Notes: generated by a model from the sequence alone, not told the origin. A stretch of DNA of 32,293 nt from an uncultured Methanosarcinales archaeon (GCA_964388715.1 CAYMBN010000013.1:1-32293), one strand, 5' to 3'. Numbered from the stretch's first letter, positions 8,501 through 17,823 are shown. Numbers and translations: made by a program.

Positions 8501-9054
8501 ACCCGGTTTAATTCACGCAATGCTTTATCCTTTTTTTCTTCATAAACAGAAATTCCCGCAATTTGTTCAATAATCTTTCTCCTTTCAACTGTTGACATCT
8601 CAACAAACCTAACTATATCACCCTGAAGAATTATATTATAACCATCTGGTTTAATCCTTGCAACAGATAATAAATCAATAATCTGTTGCCTAGTGCTTGT
8701 TTTGTTATTAATTTTATACTTACTTTGACCATTTTGTCTAATTATTCTAGTAACCTTAATTTCTTTTTCATCCATTGCAAATAATTTATTTGAATTATCA
8801 AAATAAATAGAAACCTCACCTTCTTTCATAGGCTTTTTAGTTTTACCACCATTATAAATCAAATTAGCTGATTTCTCAGCTCTTAATGACTTACTTCCAA
8901 GTCTACCAAGAACAAAACATAATGCATCTAAAACATTAGACTTTCCAGAACCGTTTGGTCCAAGAACACAGTTAAATTGTTTTCCAAACAGTAACTCTGT
9001 ATGTTTTGCAAAGCTTTTAAATCCATGCACAACAAGTTTATTGATTTTTGTCAT
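5560..9054 (-). CDS. smc: Chromosome segregation protein SMC
   Basis: Walker A GPNGSGKSN, long coiled coils, hinge (G.ASFIPL, VTLDGD..G...GG), signature LSGGE, Walker B VLDEVDAALD. Confidence 0.97.
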   Translation of the reverse strand: MTKINKLVVHGFKSFAKHTELLFGKQFNCVLGPNGSGKSNVLDALCFVLGRLGSKSLRAEKSANLIYNGGKTKKPMKEGEVSIYFDNSNKLFAMDEKEIKVTRIIRQNGQSKYKINNKTSTRQQIIDLLSVARIKPDGYNIILQGDIVRFVEMSTVERRKIIEQIAGISVYEEKKDKALRELNRVEEKLNEAQIILAERETYLKELKKERNQALKFKELRDRTDSNKASYIYVQIQEKEKEINALDKKIADYKKRLTETQQKITDLKTVIQDKKKDAHDITTEIEEKGEKEQVSLHKQVEQLKVELATDKGKIENYKNEIKRVEQRKNELDNELKEQKEKVAGFEEEKEALVREKRKSLKEQKLIDVELKEFRKKNEIDNAIEIEKEIEGIDKESDDVQKEINELREKQQNLLREKDRFELQIQGVDDQINKVLEVEKENIEQVSELKKKKEKFKKATLELNKLLNEDSNLAAQVGSKRQELAKNREKLAKLEARNVSARERIASNIAVKRILELKKKMKGIHGVVSDLGDVSSKYGLALEVAAGPRLNSIVVENDKVAADAISYLKKNKLGVASFIPLNKIKARDVDNNIKKFEKANGVHGFAIDLIEFDSKYKKVFSYVFGNTLITDNIDVARRIGIGNARMVTLDGDLADISGVMRGGFRRDKGKAMAFKEKEFTKELKELKLNVDESEKLLRTFAKRREEIEEKINKLRESKAHLEGDVIKIEKSLHLESGDLDASKKEKEEMKKRLEEVDKELEELSLDVSDSVRKLAQIKSQKQELRAKITQLKNPRLVAELNAFEEKKSQIKERLIKFEAEAENIEKQIKMAAPEKEKINDIVKQLDKEIENFDSTIKLLAKKIRNDKEELQRKEKMAQQFYNKYKKLFNKREQINNEMNKAELKIESLRGEDRGNEIQMNNLSLEEARLKGEMSGLQTEFKQYEGVKINTNKTEKQLKYEIDKFQKITQDMGAVNMKALEIYDNVEREYHSLLQKREKLGVEKGDVLMLINEIEGKKKERFVKTMDIVNKNFQNIFSQLSHKGEASLVLENPENPFEEGLLIRVRITGQKYLDIRSLSGGEKTMTALAFIFAIQEHEPAYFYVLDEVDAALDKHNSEKLARLLRMYCDKAQYVIISHNDQIISESDNLYGVSMNQHGVSNVVSLKI

Positions 9055-9134
9055 CCAAACTCCTCATTTTTATAACTATTTATAAAATAATAAGAAAAAT
9101 CTTTAAATACTTTTTGCTTTATAACACCTTATAT

Positions 9135-9764
9135 ATGAAGAAAATCACTATTTTATGCCTTTCACTGTCCATCTTTCTACTTTTCTTGCTCTCATCCTTT
9201 TCATCAGTAGTCTACAATGAAAGATTCTACCACAATCAATATAAAAAAAACAATATTCCATTCAACGAGTCAACATTTAAACAACAAACAACCAACCTTT
9301 TCGGTTTTTTTAAAGGTAATTACGAACTTACCACTGGCTTTTTCAATGAAAAAGAAATATTACACTTACAAGATGTTAAAGTACTAATCAACAGAACAAT
9401 AAAAACATACTACTTCCTTCTCATGTTTACTGTACTGTTCATTGTTTTCATCTACAGAAAATATTATAATGATTTTGTTAAAATACTTTCAAAATCATTC
9501 ATCTATTCTAGCACTAGCCTTATCATTTTAACAATCATATCATTTTTATTAAGAAACCATTTCCAATCTTTTTTCATCTTATTTCACAAAATGTCTTTCT
9601 CAAACAACTTATGGATCCTTGACCCACTAAAAGACAATCTCATAAGAATGTTTCCACTTCAATTCTTCGTAAACATCACACAATACATTTTTCTAAGAAG
9701 TTTAATCCTAAGCATAATAATCCTTGCAGTAGGATTATACTTAAACCACTCTATTAAAAAGTAA
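9135..9764 (+). CDS. DUF1461/TIGR01906-like integral membrane protein
   Basis: E..HL.DVK.L and F..FH...F.N..W..DP..D.LI..FP..FF motifs. Start moved to the ATG at 9135. Confidence 0.8.
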   Translation: MKKITILCLSLSIFLLFLLSSFSSVVYNERFYHNQYKKNNIPFNESTFKQQTTNLFGFFKGNYELTTGFFNEKEILHLQDVKVLINRTIKTYYFLLMFTVLFIVFIYRKYYNDFVKILSKSFIYSSTSLIILTIISFLLRNHFQSFFILFHKMSFSNNLWILDPLKDNLIRMFPLQFFVNITQYIFLRSLILSIIILAVGLYLNHSIKK

Positions 9765-10328
9765 TCACGCTCTTCCAGAACTCTGCCCTTTTTTAATCCC
9801 TTGTCCAATTATGTGTGCAATCCTAATTGGTTCTGGTACATAAGAATGAGTACATGCTATTTTCAAGATCTTCTTCACATTATTTAAAGAAATCCCTGCC
9901 TTCTGCACATAAACCTTTCCAAGTTTTTTTGGTTTCCCAGCCTTCATCATTAACTCAAACCTTTTCTCACCACGACTTAAGTTAGAAAGTGCCTTCCTAA
10001 TCTTTTCAAAATCAGGCATATCACGTATAATCACAATCACAGGTAACTTTGTTTTCTCACTTAACTCATGAATATCAACAACATTAAACCCACCAAGAGC
10101 AATCCCATCAAGCATAATACATTGCAACTGACTATAAAACTTACTCCCAGCAACCATCTTCACCAACTTTTCAGTAGCATTCATACCATCTTGTTTAATA
10201 TGCGTACTAACTAACCCATCCATAAAATCTCCACCACGATAAAAACATCCCACAACAAGAACATTAGTCTTCCTTCTCCGCGGAAAAGGCGCATCATCAA
10301 TCCCCAAGATTCGTATTTCTTTTTTCAT
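9765..10328 (-). CDS. DUF99-family protein (endonuclease V-like fold)
   Basis: RILGIDDAPF, DG..AT, MLDGIALGGFNVVD, PEPIRIAH motifs. Confidence 0.88.
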   Translation of the reverse strand: MKKEIRILGIDDAPFPRRRKTNVLVVGCFYRGGDFMDGLVSTHIKQDGMNATEKLVKMVAGSKFYSQLQCIMLDGIALGGFNVVDIHELSEKTKLPVIVIIRDMPDFEKIRKALSNLSRGEKRFELMMKAGKPKKLGKVYVQKAGISLNNVKKILKIACTHSYVPEPIRIAHIIGQGIKKGQSSGRA

Positions 10329-10354
10329 AATACTTATTATACTCAAGAAATATA

Positions 10355-11125
10355 TTAACTTTGTGTTATCTTATAAACAAATTCAACAACATCTTTAACC
10401 AAAGTATCTGGTTCATCTTTATTAAAAGGATTCAAATCTTTTGGTACATGATTAAAACAATGATTCTTCTCAGCAAAAACTTCTGAACTAGAATTAGGAA
10501 ACCTACTAAAATGCTTAATAAACCTTTGAGCAACCCTTGGATCATATGTCTTTAATGCATGATCATTTCCACCAATTGCAAACCTAATAGGTTCTTCAAT
10601 ATCTTGTTTTGTTAATGGAAATGCAATAGGTGCAAAATCTGTAAAAGTATAAAAGTTAACTGCTATTTGTAGTGGTGATTCCTGAGCAATATCTGCATCA
10701 AAAGTTCTTGAATCGCCAAAACTTGGATAAGTGCATATTCCATAATAACCAATAACTTCTAAATCATATTTATTCTTTGCAGCAACAGCAAGGGGCATTC
10801 CCATTGAATGTCCAATATAAACAACTTTATTTGTTTCAACCCTATCTCTTAAACTTTGATCAATCTGAAGAAGATCTCTTAAAACCTTTTTTCCCTTAGT
10901 AAATCCTTTTCTTCTTAACTCTGTAATATAAATATTAAACTCATTACCTAACCACTTACCAAAATAATCAACATAAGCATCACAACACGCTTTTCGCCCA
11001 GCAACAAACAACAAAAGAATATCAGACTTAGTACTTGGTTTAATAAGCTTACCAGGGATCTTTATTTTTTTCTTATCATCAAAATCCCGTTTTCCAACAT
11101 TAACACACCAGTCTATTGTTCTCAT
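10355..11125 (-). CDS. Alpha/beta hydrolase
   Basis: GHSMG nucleophile elbow, GGND acid residue, NHCF His. Confidence 0.75.
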   Translation of the reverse strand: MRTIDWCVNVGKRDFDDKKKIKIPGKLIKPSTKSDILLLFVAGRKACCDAYVDYFGKWLGNEFNIYITELRRKGFTKGKKVLRDLLQIDQSLRDRVETNKVVYIGHSMGMPLAVAAKNKYDLEVIGYYGICTYPSFGDSRTFDADIAQESPLQIAVNFYTFTDFAPIAFPLTKQDIEEPIRFAIGGNDHALKTYDPRVAQRFIKHFSRFPNSSSEVFAEKNHCFNHVPKDLNPFNKDEPDTLVKDVVEFVYKITQS

Positions 11126-11186
11126 GTTTTTCTAAAAATTTAATTTCTTTATAAAACTTTCTAATATATTCACTTAGAAGTAGTTA

Positions 11187-11708
11187 TTATTTCCCAACAC
11201 CTTGCACTAAAACACTTATTTGCCTATCTCTAGAACAATCAAGCTCAACAAGTAATATCTCTTGCCACCTTCCTCTTACTAATTTCCCATCATTAATAAT
11301 CATTGTCAATGAACAAGGTAAAATCATTGCTTGCGCATGCGAATGTCCATTTATACACTCAGGTATAACACCACAAGAATCAGGTTCACATAAATGATCA
11401 TCACGCTTACCACTCGGATTCTTATCATCTTTAATATCATTATGTCCATACTTTTCATCAGGACTAGCAAACCTATCCAACACTTTCATTAAATCAGGTG
11501 TATAACCTAATACACTTTTTGGCCCAATAAGATTCTTTTCATCTTCATTAATCCAAACAGCACAAGTAGTATGATGACTCTGTATAACAACAACACCAGT
11601 ATTAACACCAGACTCAGAAACAGCTTGCTCAATATCTTTGGTAATAGTAATAAACTCCAATCTCTCCCTAGTCTTATACTGAAATGTCTTTACTTTTGAT
11701 ATCATCAT
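11187..11708 (-). CDS. yjbQ: YjbQ (UPF0047, secondary thiamine-phosphate synthase) family protein with an insertion
   Basis: HTT.AV.INE.E, Y.HN, NGHSH, G.WQ.I..VELD..R.R motifs. Confidence 0.88.
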   Translation of the reverse strand: MMISKVKTFQYKTRERLEFITITKDIEQAVSESGVNTGVVVIQSHHTTCAVWINEDEKNLIGPKSVLGYTPDLMKVLDRFASPDEKYGHNDIKDDKNPSGKRDDHLCEPDSCGVIPECINGHSHAQAMILPCSLTMIINDGKLVRGRWQEILLVELDCSRDRQISVLVQGVGK

Positions 11709-11769
11709 AACACGCCCTTTAGAACTATGATTGAGCTTGATTATTTAAATTTTTGGGATAATTATACGA

Positions 11770-11888
11770 GCATAGTGTCCATGCCATCTTTTTGTAAAAA
11801 ATAATTATTCGGTTCGTAAGACAATAATATCAAAAACTTTAATGGTTAATAATGAGTTTTTGTATTTTTTACAGGCATGACACTATGC
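11770..11888 (+). repeat. Structured repeat family 2, copy A (candidate ncRNA or MITE-like element)
   Basis: Terminal inverted repeat GCATAGTGTC/GACACTATGC plus internal stems. Homologous to 30059-30201, and 11855-11889 is identical to 30168-30202. Confidence 0.9.
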
Positions 11889-11930
11889 AATACAGATAAT
11901 TATTTAAATACTATAAAACAGCTATATTTA

Positions 11931-12428
11931 ATGGATACACTAGCACACTTTTTGTGGACAGTAATACTTTTTAGAAAAGTTAAACATTATGTTTGGGCTT
12001 TGTTATTTGGTGTTTTACCAGACCTTTTATCATTTGGAATTTCTATTATGTCCAGATTACTTTTCACAGGTTTTAGTTTTGGCAGACCTGAGGTACATCA
12101 GATTCCCAAGTGGGTAATGATGTTATACGGTATAACTCACAGCTTAATCATTCCCATCATCATTTTACTAATAATTTACATCATCTACAAAAAAGTCCCT
12201 TTATTCCTATTAGCATGGCCAATTCACATAATCCTCGACATTCCTACACACACAAAAGAATTCCTTCCAACACCTTTCCTATGGCCAATAAGCAACTACG
12301 CATTCCCAGGAATAAGTTGGGGAACTAGGTGGTTCATGCTAACCAACTACTCCTTAATCATCATAGGATTAATTTACGTTTTCAGAAAAGAACTAACAGC
12401 TGGAATCAAAAAAATATTTACTCCCTAA
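11931..12428 (+). CDS. Membrane-bound metal-dependent hydrolase (YdjM/DUF457-like)
   Basis: M...AH, LPD, THS, H..LD..TH, ..WP motifs with TM helices. The track start at 11877 lies inside the repeat. Confidence 0.75.
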   Translation: MDTLAHFLWTVILFRKVKHYVWALLFGVLPDLLSFGISIMSRLLFTGFSFGRPEVHQIPKWVMMLYGITHSLIIPIIILLIIYIIYKKVPLFLLAWPIHIILDIPTHTKEFLPTPFLWPISNYAFPGISWGTRWFMLTNYSLIIIGLIYVFRKELTAGIKKIFTP

Positions 12429-13341
12429 TCTCAATATCATCCACAATCCCATCAGAATCAAGATCAATTCCTTCTACAACCTTTGCATTTATCTTATTAT
12501 TCTTTTTATTACCTAACACAATTTCATTAAACTTTTTCAGAAAAGCAATGATTGCTGCTTTTGTACCAGAATAACGTTTTCCTGCAACAAGTAAAACATA
12601 TTTTTCTTTATTAAAAGGATTCCTTGCTTTAACAATAATACCAATTTCATCACTCATATACTTCTGCTTTGAAACACTTGAATAAATATTACCTTTATCA
12701 AACCTAATTGGTAATTTATCATTAACTTTCTCAGTCACTTTATTAACAATTGGTCCTCCAATCAAGATCAAATTATTATTCAAATCTTCTGAACGTGTTT
12801 CAGTATCAAGCTTTACATTCAAATTAGGAACATAATTCAAAAAAGTACCTAAAAATAATGCAAGATCCATTCCATAATAACCATCCCTACTACGTGCCTT
12901 TTCTGGTCCATGCGGATCAGGACTTCCGACGATAATCATAGCATTAAGCTGTCCTTCTTTAATAAAAGGTTCTAAAAACTCATTTGTCTCTTGTTTTGTT
13001 GCAGTTATTTTCTGTGTTGCTTTTAACTCTTTAAACCTTAATACAAAAGCAGGCTCAACCAACCCATAAAAATTAGCAACAGCACCTTGTATTGTTTCTC
13101 TTTTAACAACCCTAATAATTCTATCCTTTTCCATATTCCTAACATGATAATAAATCTTCTGCTCATTCTCCTTCAACTTCTTAGCAATCTCTTTAGGATA
13201 CATTACTTTATCAGAAATCAATTTCAAAATCCTAATAGCTAACTCAGACTTAATTGACTTTATCTGACTCAGCTTAATTTCTTTTGCAGGCAATGAATAT
13301 GTTTCATTAACCCTTTTTTCAATTATAAACATTCTAACCAC
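12418..13341 (-). CDS. ArsR-like HTH transcriptional regulator with C-terminal alpha/beta (S-layer-like) domain
   Basis: wHTH YPKEIAKKL..EQKIYYH. C-terminal NLILIGGP.VN and L.VAG....GT.AA. Confidence 0.78.
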   Translation of the reverse strand: MVRMFIIEKRVNETYSLPAKEIKLSQIKSIKSELAIRILKLISDKVMYPKEIAKKLKENEQKIYYHVRNMEKDRIIRVVKRETIQGAVANFYGLVEPAFVLRFKELKATQKITATKQETNEFLEPFIKEGQLNAMIIVGSPDPHGPEKARSRDGYYGMDLALFLGTFLNYVPNLNVKLDTETRSEDLNNNLILIGGPIVNKVTEKVNDKLPIRFDKGNIYSSVSKQKYMSDEIGIIVKARNPFNKEKYVLLVAGKRYSGTKAAIIAFLKKFNEIVLGNKKNNKINAKVVEGIDLDSDGIVDDIEIRE

Positions 13342-13382
13342 TAAAAATTATTTTTTACTAGTATTATAAATATTTTAATAAT

Positions 13383-13396
13383 ACTTATATATAAGT
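13383..13396. promoter_or_regulatory. Palindromic TATA box / candidate operator upstream of glmS
   Basis: Perfect 14-bp palindrome ACTTATATATAAGT, 27 nt before the glmS ATG, in the divergent intergenic region. Confidence 0.6.
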
Positions 13397-13422
13397 TTTT
13401 CGTTTCTATACAGATCTAAAAA

Positions 13423-15183
13423 ATGTGTGGCATAATTGGTTATAAAGGGCAGGGAAACGCAATTTCTATAGTAATCAATGGCCTAAAAACACTTGAATAC
13501 CGTGGATATGATTCCTGGGGCATAGGCTGTTTAAACAACAATTCTTTCTCCACACACAAAAAAATAGGACAAATAGGCAATGTTCTTATTGAAAACATCC
13601 CTGTTGAACAAGCAAACATCTGCCTAGGCCATACACGCTGGGCCACATCTGGATCAGTCACACAAACAAACGCTCACCCACACTTATCAAACAACAAACA
13701 AATCCTAGTTGTACACAACGGAATCATTGAAAACTTCCAAGAACTTAAAGAATTCTTAATGCAAAAAAAAATTAACTTTTATTCACAAACAGACACAGAA
13801 ATTATCCCTAACCTAATCCAATACTATCTATCTCAAAACAATTCTTTCAAAGAATCTGTAAGAAAAACAATGCAAAGACTAGAAGGTAGTTCAGCTTTTG
13901 TCGCAATCAACGAAAAAGGCGAAATGGCAGGTGCACGTGATGGTTCCCCTCTTGTTTTAGGAAAAAACAACAATGACTTTTTTGCTGCATCAGATGTTCC
14001 AGCATTTCTAAATCACACTAACCAAGCAATTTATCTTAATGACGGCCAAATGTTTCACATTAATTCAAAACTAGAAATATTTGATGTAAAAACAAACCAA
14101 GAAATCCAATACAACATAAAAACAATTGATTGGACAATTGAAGATGCAAAAAAAGGTAATTATAAACATTTCATGTTAAAAGAGATCTGTGAACAAAAAC
14201 ACACAATTAAACAGTCAATTGAACAAGACAAAAAACTAATTCAAGAAGTTACTCAGATGATTAAAAACGCAAAAGGTGTTTTCTTTGTTGCCTGTGGAAC
14301 AAGCTACAATGCTTGCTTATCAGCATCATACCTATTCTCAGAAATATGCAACATGCACATTAACGTTGTCCTTGCATCAGAATTCCCACATTACCAAAAC
14401 TTTCTAAACAAAGATACACTAATGATAGCTGTCTCACAATCAGGTGAAACAGCAGACTTACTTGACGCAGTCAAAGTTGCAAAAGCAAAAGGTGTAAAAG
14501 TTATCTCAATTGTTAATGTAATGGGCTCAACACTAATGAGAATAAGTGACAAAACAATCATGATGAATGCTGGCCCAGAGATTTGCGTGCTAAGCACAAA
14601 AAGTTATACATCACAAGTTGCAATTTTCATTCTACTTGCATACTCTGTTGCAAATAAATTCCAAGAAGGCAAATCATATATTGAAGAAGCATGTGGTTAT
14701 GTTGATGAAGTAATTGACAATAATATTGAAGACCTCAAAGAACTTGCCGAAAAAATTAAAAACCAGAAAGATTTCTTCCTCATTGGCAGAGACCTAGCAT
14801 GTCCAAGTGCAATGGAAGGTGCTCTTAAAATAAAAGAAGTATCTTATATCCATGCAGAAGGTTTTGCAGGTGGCGAACTAAAACACGGTCCAATTGCATT
14901 AATTGAGCAAGGTGTTCCTGTAATTGTATTACACACAGAAAAAACACGAAAACAAATATTAAGCAATGCACTTGAAGTTAAATTACGTGGTGCATACATA
15001 ATTGGAATTGATGACCAACCCAATGATGCATTTGACTTTTACATTTACGTCCCCACTGCAGGAATAACAGACCCATTATTAGACATAATTCCAATCCAAA
15101 TCCTTTCATACTACCTGGCACTCGCACGTAACTGCGATCCAGACAAACCAAGAAACTTAGCAAAGAGCGTGACAGTAAGATGA
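13423..15183 (+). CDS. glmS: Glutamine--fructose-6-phosphate aminotransferase
   Basis: MCGIIG, LEYRGYDS, GHTRWAT, HNGIIEN, SQSGET, ELKHGP, PRNLAKSVTV. Confidence 0.97.
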   Translation: MCGIIGYKGQGNAISIVINGLKTLEYRGYDSWGIGCLNNNSFSTHKKIGQIGNVLIENIPVEQANICLGHTRWATSGSVTQTNAHPHLSNNKQILVVHNGIIENFQELKEFLMQKKINFYSQTDTEIIPNLIQYYLSQNNSFKESVRKTMQRLEGSSAFVAINEKGEMAGARDGSPLVLGKNNNDFFAASDVPAFLNHTNQAIYLNDGQMFHINSKLEIFDVKTNQEIQYNIKTIDWTIEDAKKGNYKHFMLKEICEQKHTIKQSIEQDKKLIQEVTQMIKNAKGVFFVACGTSYNACLSASYLFSEICNMHINVVLASEFPHYQNFLNKDTLMIAVSQSGETADLLDAVKVAKAKGVKVISIVNVMGSTLMRISDKTIMMNAGPEICVLSTKSYTSQVAIFILLAYSVANKFQEGKSYIEEACGYVDEVIDNNIEDLKELAEKIKNQKDFFLIGRDLACPSAMEGALKIKEVSYIHAEGFAGGELKHGPIALIEQGVPVIVLHTEKTRKQILSNALEVKLRGAYIIGIDDQPNDAFDFYIYVPTAGITDPLLDIIPIQILSYYLALARNCDPDKPRNLAKSVTVR

Positions 15184-15836
15184 TCAAAGCTGTAATATTT
15201 GATATGGATGGGGTTTTAAGAAACACTCCTGAATTTGATATTAAAGTTGTAGAAAATGCATTTAAAGATCTAGGTCTTGAAATTAATGATAAAGTAAGAA
15301 AACTTGCTGTTGGAAGAAATCCTAGGGATTATATTCCAATGTTATTAAATGAATATGGTTTTAATTTTGATCCTGTTGAATTTAAAAAACTAACTCATAA
15401 ACATTTTACCCATTTTCTTGACAAAGAAATGAAACTAATGCCTTTTGTAAGAGAAACTTTTGAAATGTTGAAAAAGAATAATTTAAAGATAGCAATTGCA
15501 ACAAGTGCAAGTCCTAGAGGTGCTTATCAATTTTTCATTGACAAATTTAACTTTCCAAACACTTTTGATGTAATCACTACATTTGACGATTGTAAAGAAA
15601 GAAAACCTAATCCAGAAGTATACTTAACTTCATTAAGAAAACTAAATCTAAAAGCAGAAGAATGTATTGTTATAGAAGACACACAGATTGGCCTTGAGGC
15701 TGCAAAAGCAGCAGGAATCAAATGTGTTGTTGTACCAAATGAGTTTACAAAAGATTTAGATTTCACTAAAGCAGACGTCATAATCAACTCACTCAAAGAA
15801 CTAAACTTAGACTTAATAAAGAGGTTAGAACAATGA
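15180..15836 (+). CDS. HAD family IA phosphatase (beta-PGM-like), paralog 1
   Basis: FDMDG motif I, ATS, KPNP, IED...G..AA..AG. Confidence 0.9.
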   Translation: MIKAVIFDMDGVLRNTPEFDIKVVENAFKDLGLEINDKVRKLAVGRNPRDYIPMLLNEYGFNFDPVEFKKLTHKHFTHFLDKEMKLMPFVRETFEMLKKNNLKIAIATSASPRGAYQFFIDKFNFPNTFDVITTFDDCKERKPNPEVYLTSLRKLNLKAEECIVIEDTQIGLEAAKAAGIKCVVVPNEFTKDLDFTKADVIINSLKELNLDLIKRLEQ

Positions 15837-16486
15837 TAAAAGCAATATTATTCGACATGGATGGTGTAATTATTAATAGTGAACCAATTCATAGTAAAGT
15901 AGAATCCTCTTTACTAGTTGAATTAGGAGCAAAAGTTACTGAGGATGATTTCTTAAAATACGCAGGGATGCCATTCGATGCAATAGCAGCAGATGTCTTA
16001 AAAAAAGATAAAGATGATCCTGTTATTAAAGATGTAGTTAAAAAAAAGTTTGACAGGATGTTACCTTTATGTGAAAAAGAATTAAAAACCTATCCAAATG
16101 TAACAGAAACACTAAAACAACTAAAAAAAGAATTCTCATTAGCACTAGCATCAAGTTCTATTAGTGTTTTTATAAAATATGTAATAAAAAAATTCAATTT
16201 ATCAGATAATTTTGATGTTGTTGTTAGTGCTGCAGACGATGTTAAAAACGGAAAACCAGCACCAGACATATTTCTTAAAGCTGCAGAAAAACTTAATGTT
16301 AAACCAGAAGAATGTGTTGTTGTTGAAGACGCTCTTAATGGAATAAAAGCAGCAAAAGCAGCTGGCATGAAATGTATTGCAAACACAAACTCATTTCCAA
16401 AAGACAAATTAACAGAGGCAGACTTAATAATTGACAACTTCAATGAACTCACAATTGATACAATAAAACAATTAGGTGAAAAATGA
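15833..16486 (+). CDS. HAD family IA phosphatase (beta-PGM-like), paralog 2
   Basis: FDMDGVIINSE, ASSS, GKPAPDIF, VEDA..G..AAKAAGM. Confidence 0.92.
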   Translation: MIKAILFDMDGVIINSEPIHSKVESSLLVELGAKVTEDDFLKYAGMPFDAIAADVLKKDKDDPVIKDVVKKKFDRMLPLCEKELKTYPNVTETLKQLKKEFSLALASSSISVFIKYVIKKFNLSDNFDVVVSAADDVKNGKPAPDIFLKAAEKLNVKPEECVVVEDALNGIKAAKAAGMKCIANTNSFPKDKLTEADLIIDNFNELTIDTIKQLGEK

Positions 16487-17823
16487 CACGTAAACTCTTT
16501 GGCACTGACGGAATCCGTGGAATCGCAAACCAATATCCAATGACAGCTGATGTTGCCATAAAACTAGGCAAAGCAATTGCAATCACATTCAGAAACGGTA
16601 AACCAATGCCAAGAATAGTTATTGGTAAAGATACTCGTGAATCAGGTTACTTATTTGAATACGCACTCACAGCAGGAATAGTTGCAATGGGAGGTCGTGC
16701 ATTACTAGTTGGTCCAATGCCCACTCCAACAATAGCACGTTTAACAAAATCAATGAACGCAGACGCAGGTATTATGATTACTGCTTCACATAATCCTTAC
16801 CAAGATAATGGTATTAAGATTTTTAACAAAAACGGCTTCAAACTATCTGACGAAGTTGAACAAAAGATAGAAAAATTAGTCATTGAAAACAACTTTGAAA
16901 TTTATCAAGGTCAAGTTGGAAACACATTCAGAGTTGAACAAGTATATGGAAGATATGTTGAATTTGCAAAAGCAACAATCAATGATAACAGTCTTGAAGG
17001 ATTAAAAATAGTAGTTGATTGTGCAAATGGTGCAGCTTACAAAATCGCTTCTTATGTTTTCAAAGAACTTGGTGCAGAAAGTATTATCCTCAACAATCAA
17101 CCAGACGGTAAAAACATAAATGAAAAATGCGGTTCACTCCATCCAGAAATTATTAAAGCAGCTGTTCTTGGTCACAAAGCAGACATTGGCATTGCACTTG
17201 ACGGCGATGCTGACAGAGTTATTGTTATTGACGAAAATGGCCAAGAAGTTGATGGTGATAAAATAATGTTAATCTGCGCAAACCAACTAAAAAAACAAGG
17301 CAAACTAAACAAAGACACAATTGTAACAACAGTTATGAGCAATATCGGAATGCAAGAAGCAGCAGATAAATTAAACATCAAATTAGTAAGAACAAAAGTT
17401 GGCGATCGTTACGTAATAAAGGAAATGAAAGACAATAATTACAACTTTGGTGGTGAACAATCAGGTCACATCATTTTTCTAGAACACACAACAACAGGCG
17501 ATGGCATTATCACAGCACTTCAATTATTAAACATAATAAAACAAACAGGAACAAAACTATCACAACTTGCAAATATCATGACAACTTACCCACAAACTCT
17601 AGTGAATATCAATGTAATCTCAAAACCACCATTAGAATCACTTGAACTAGTCCAAAAAATTATTAAACAAGTTGAATCTACACTAGGACAACAAGGCAGA
17701 GTCTTAGTCCGTTACTCAGGCACAGAAAACTTATGCAGAGTAATGATTGAAGGCAAAGATCAACAACAAATAACACAACTCGCAAACCAAATAGCAGAAG
17801 AAATCAAAAAGGTGATTGGATAA
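16483..17823 (+). CDS. glmM: Phosphoglucosamine mutase
   Basis: LFGTDGIRG, ITASHNP (phospho-Ser), DGDADR, GGEQSGH, RYSGTE. Confidence 0.95.
   Translation: MTRKLFGTDGIRGIANQYPMTADVAIKLGKAIAITFRNGKPMPRIVIGKDTRESGYLFEYALTAGIVAMGGRALLVGPMPTPTIARLTKSMNADAGIMITASHNPYQDNGIKIFNKNGFKLSDEVEQKIEKLVIENNFEIYQGQVGNTFRVEQVYGRYVEFAKATINDNSLEGLKIVVDCANGAAYKIASYVFKELGAESIILNNQPDGKNINEKCGSLHPEIIKAAVLGHKADIGIALDGDADRVIVIDENGQEVDGDKIMLICANQLKKQGKLNKDTIVTTVMSNIGMQEAADKLNIKLVRTKVGDRYVIKEMKDNNYNFGGEQSGHIIFLEHTTTGDGIITALQLLNIIKQTGTKLSQLANIMTTYPQTLVNINVISKPPLESLELVQKIIKQVESTLGQQGRVLVRYSGTENLCRVMIEGKDQQQITQLANQIAEEIKKVIG

Noticed and set aside
11855..11889. 35-nt repeats as CRISPR repeats (the GTTTTTGTA start resembles some type II repeats)
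   Set aside because: Each family has only two copies, about 0.5 kb or 18 kb apart, with no spacer periodicity and no cas genes in the window.
11760..11900. Target-site duplication around family-2 copies
   Set aside because: No convincing flanking direct repeat at either copy, so a classical DDE-type MITE is not supported.
11877..11930. N-terminal extension of the membrane hydrolase in the ORF track
   Set aside because: The ATG lies inside the family-2 repeat. A TATA-like TTTAAATA near 11903-11910 supports the start at 11931.
13342..13422. glmS ribozyme upstream of glmS
   Set aside because: The intergenic region is only 81 bp, very AT-rich, and the TATA position implies a nearly leaderless mRNA.
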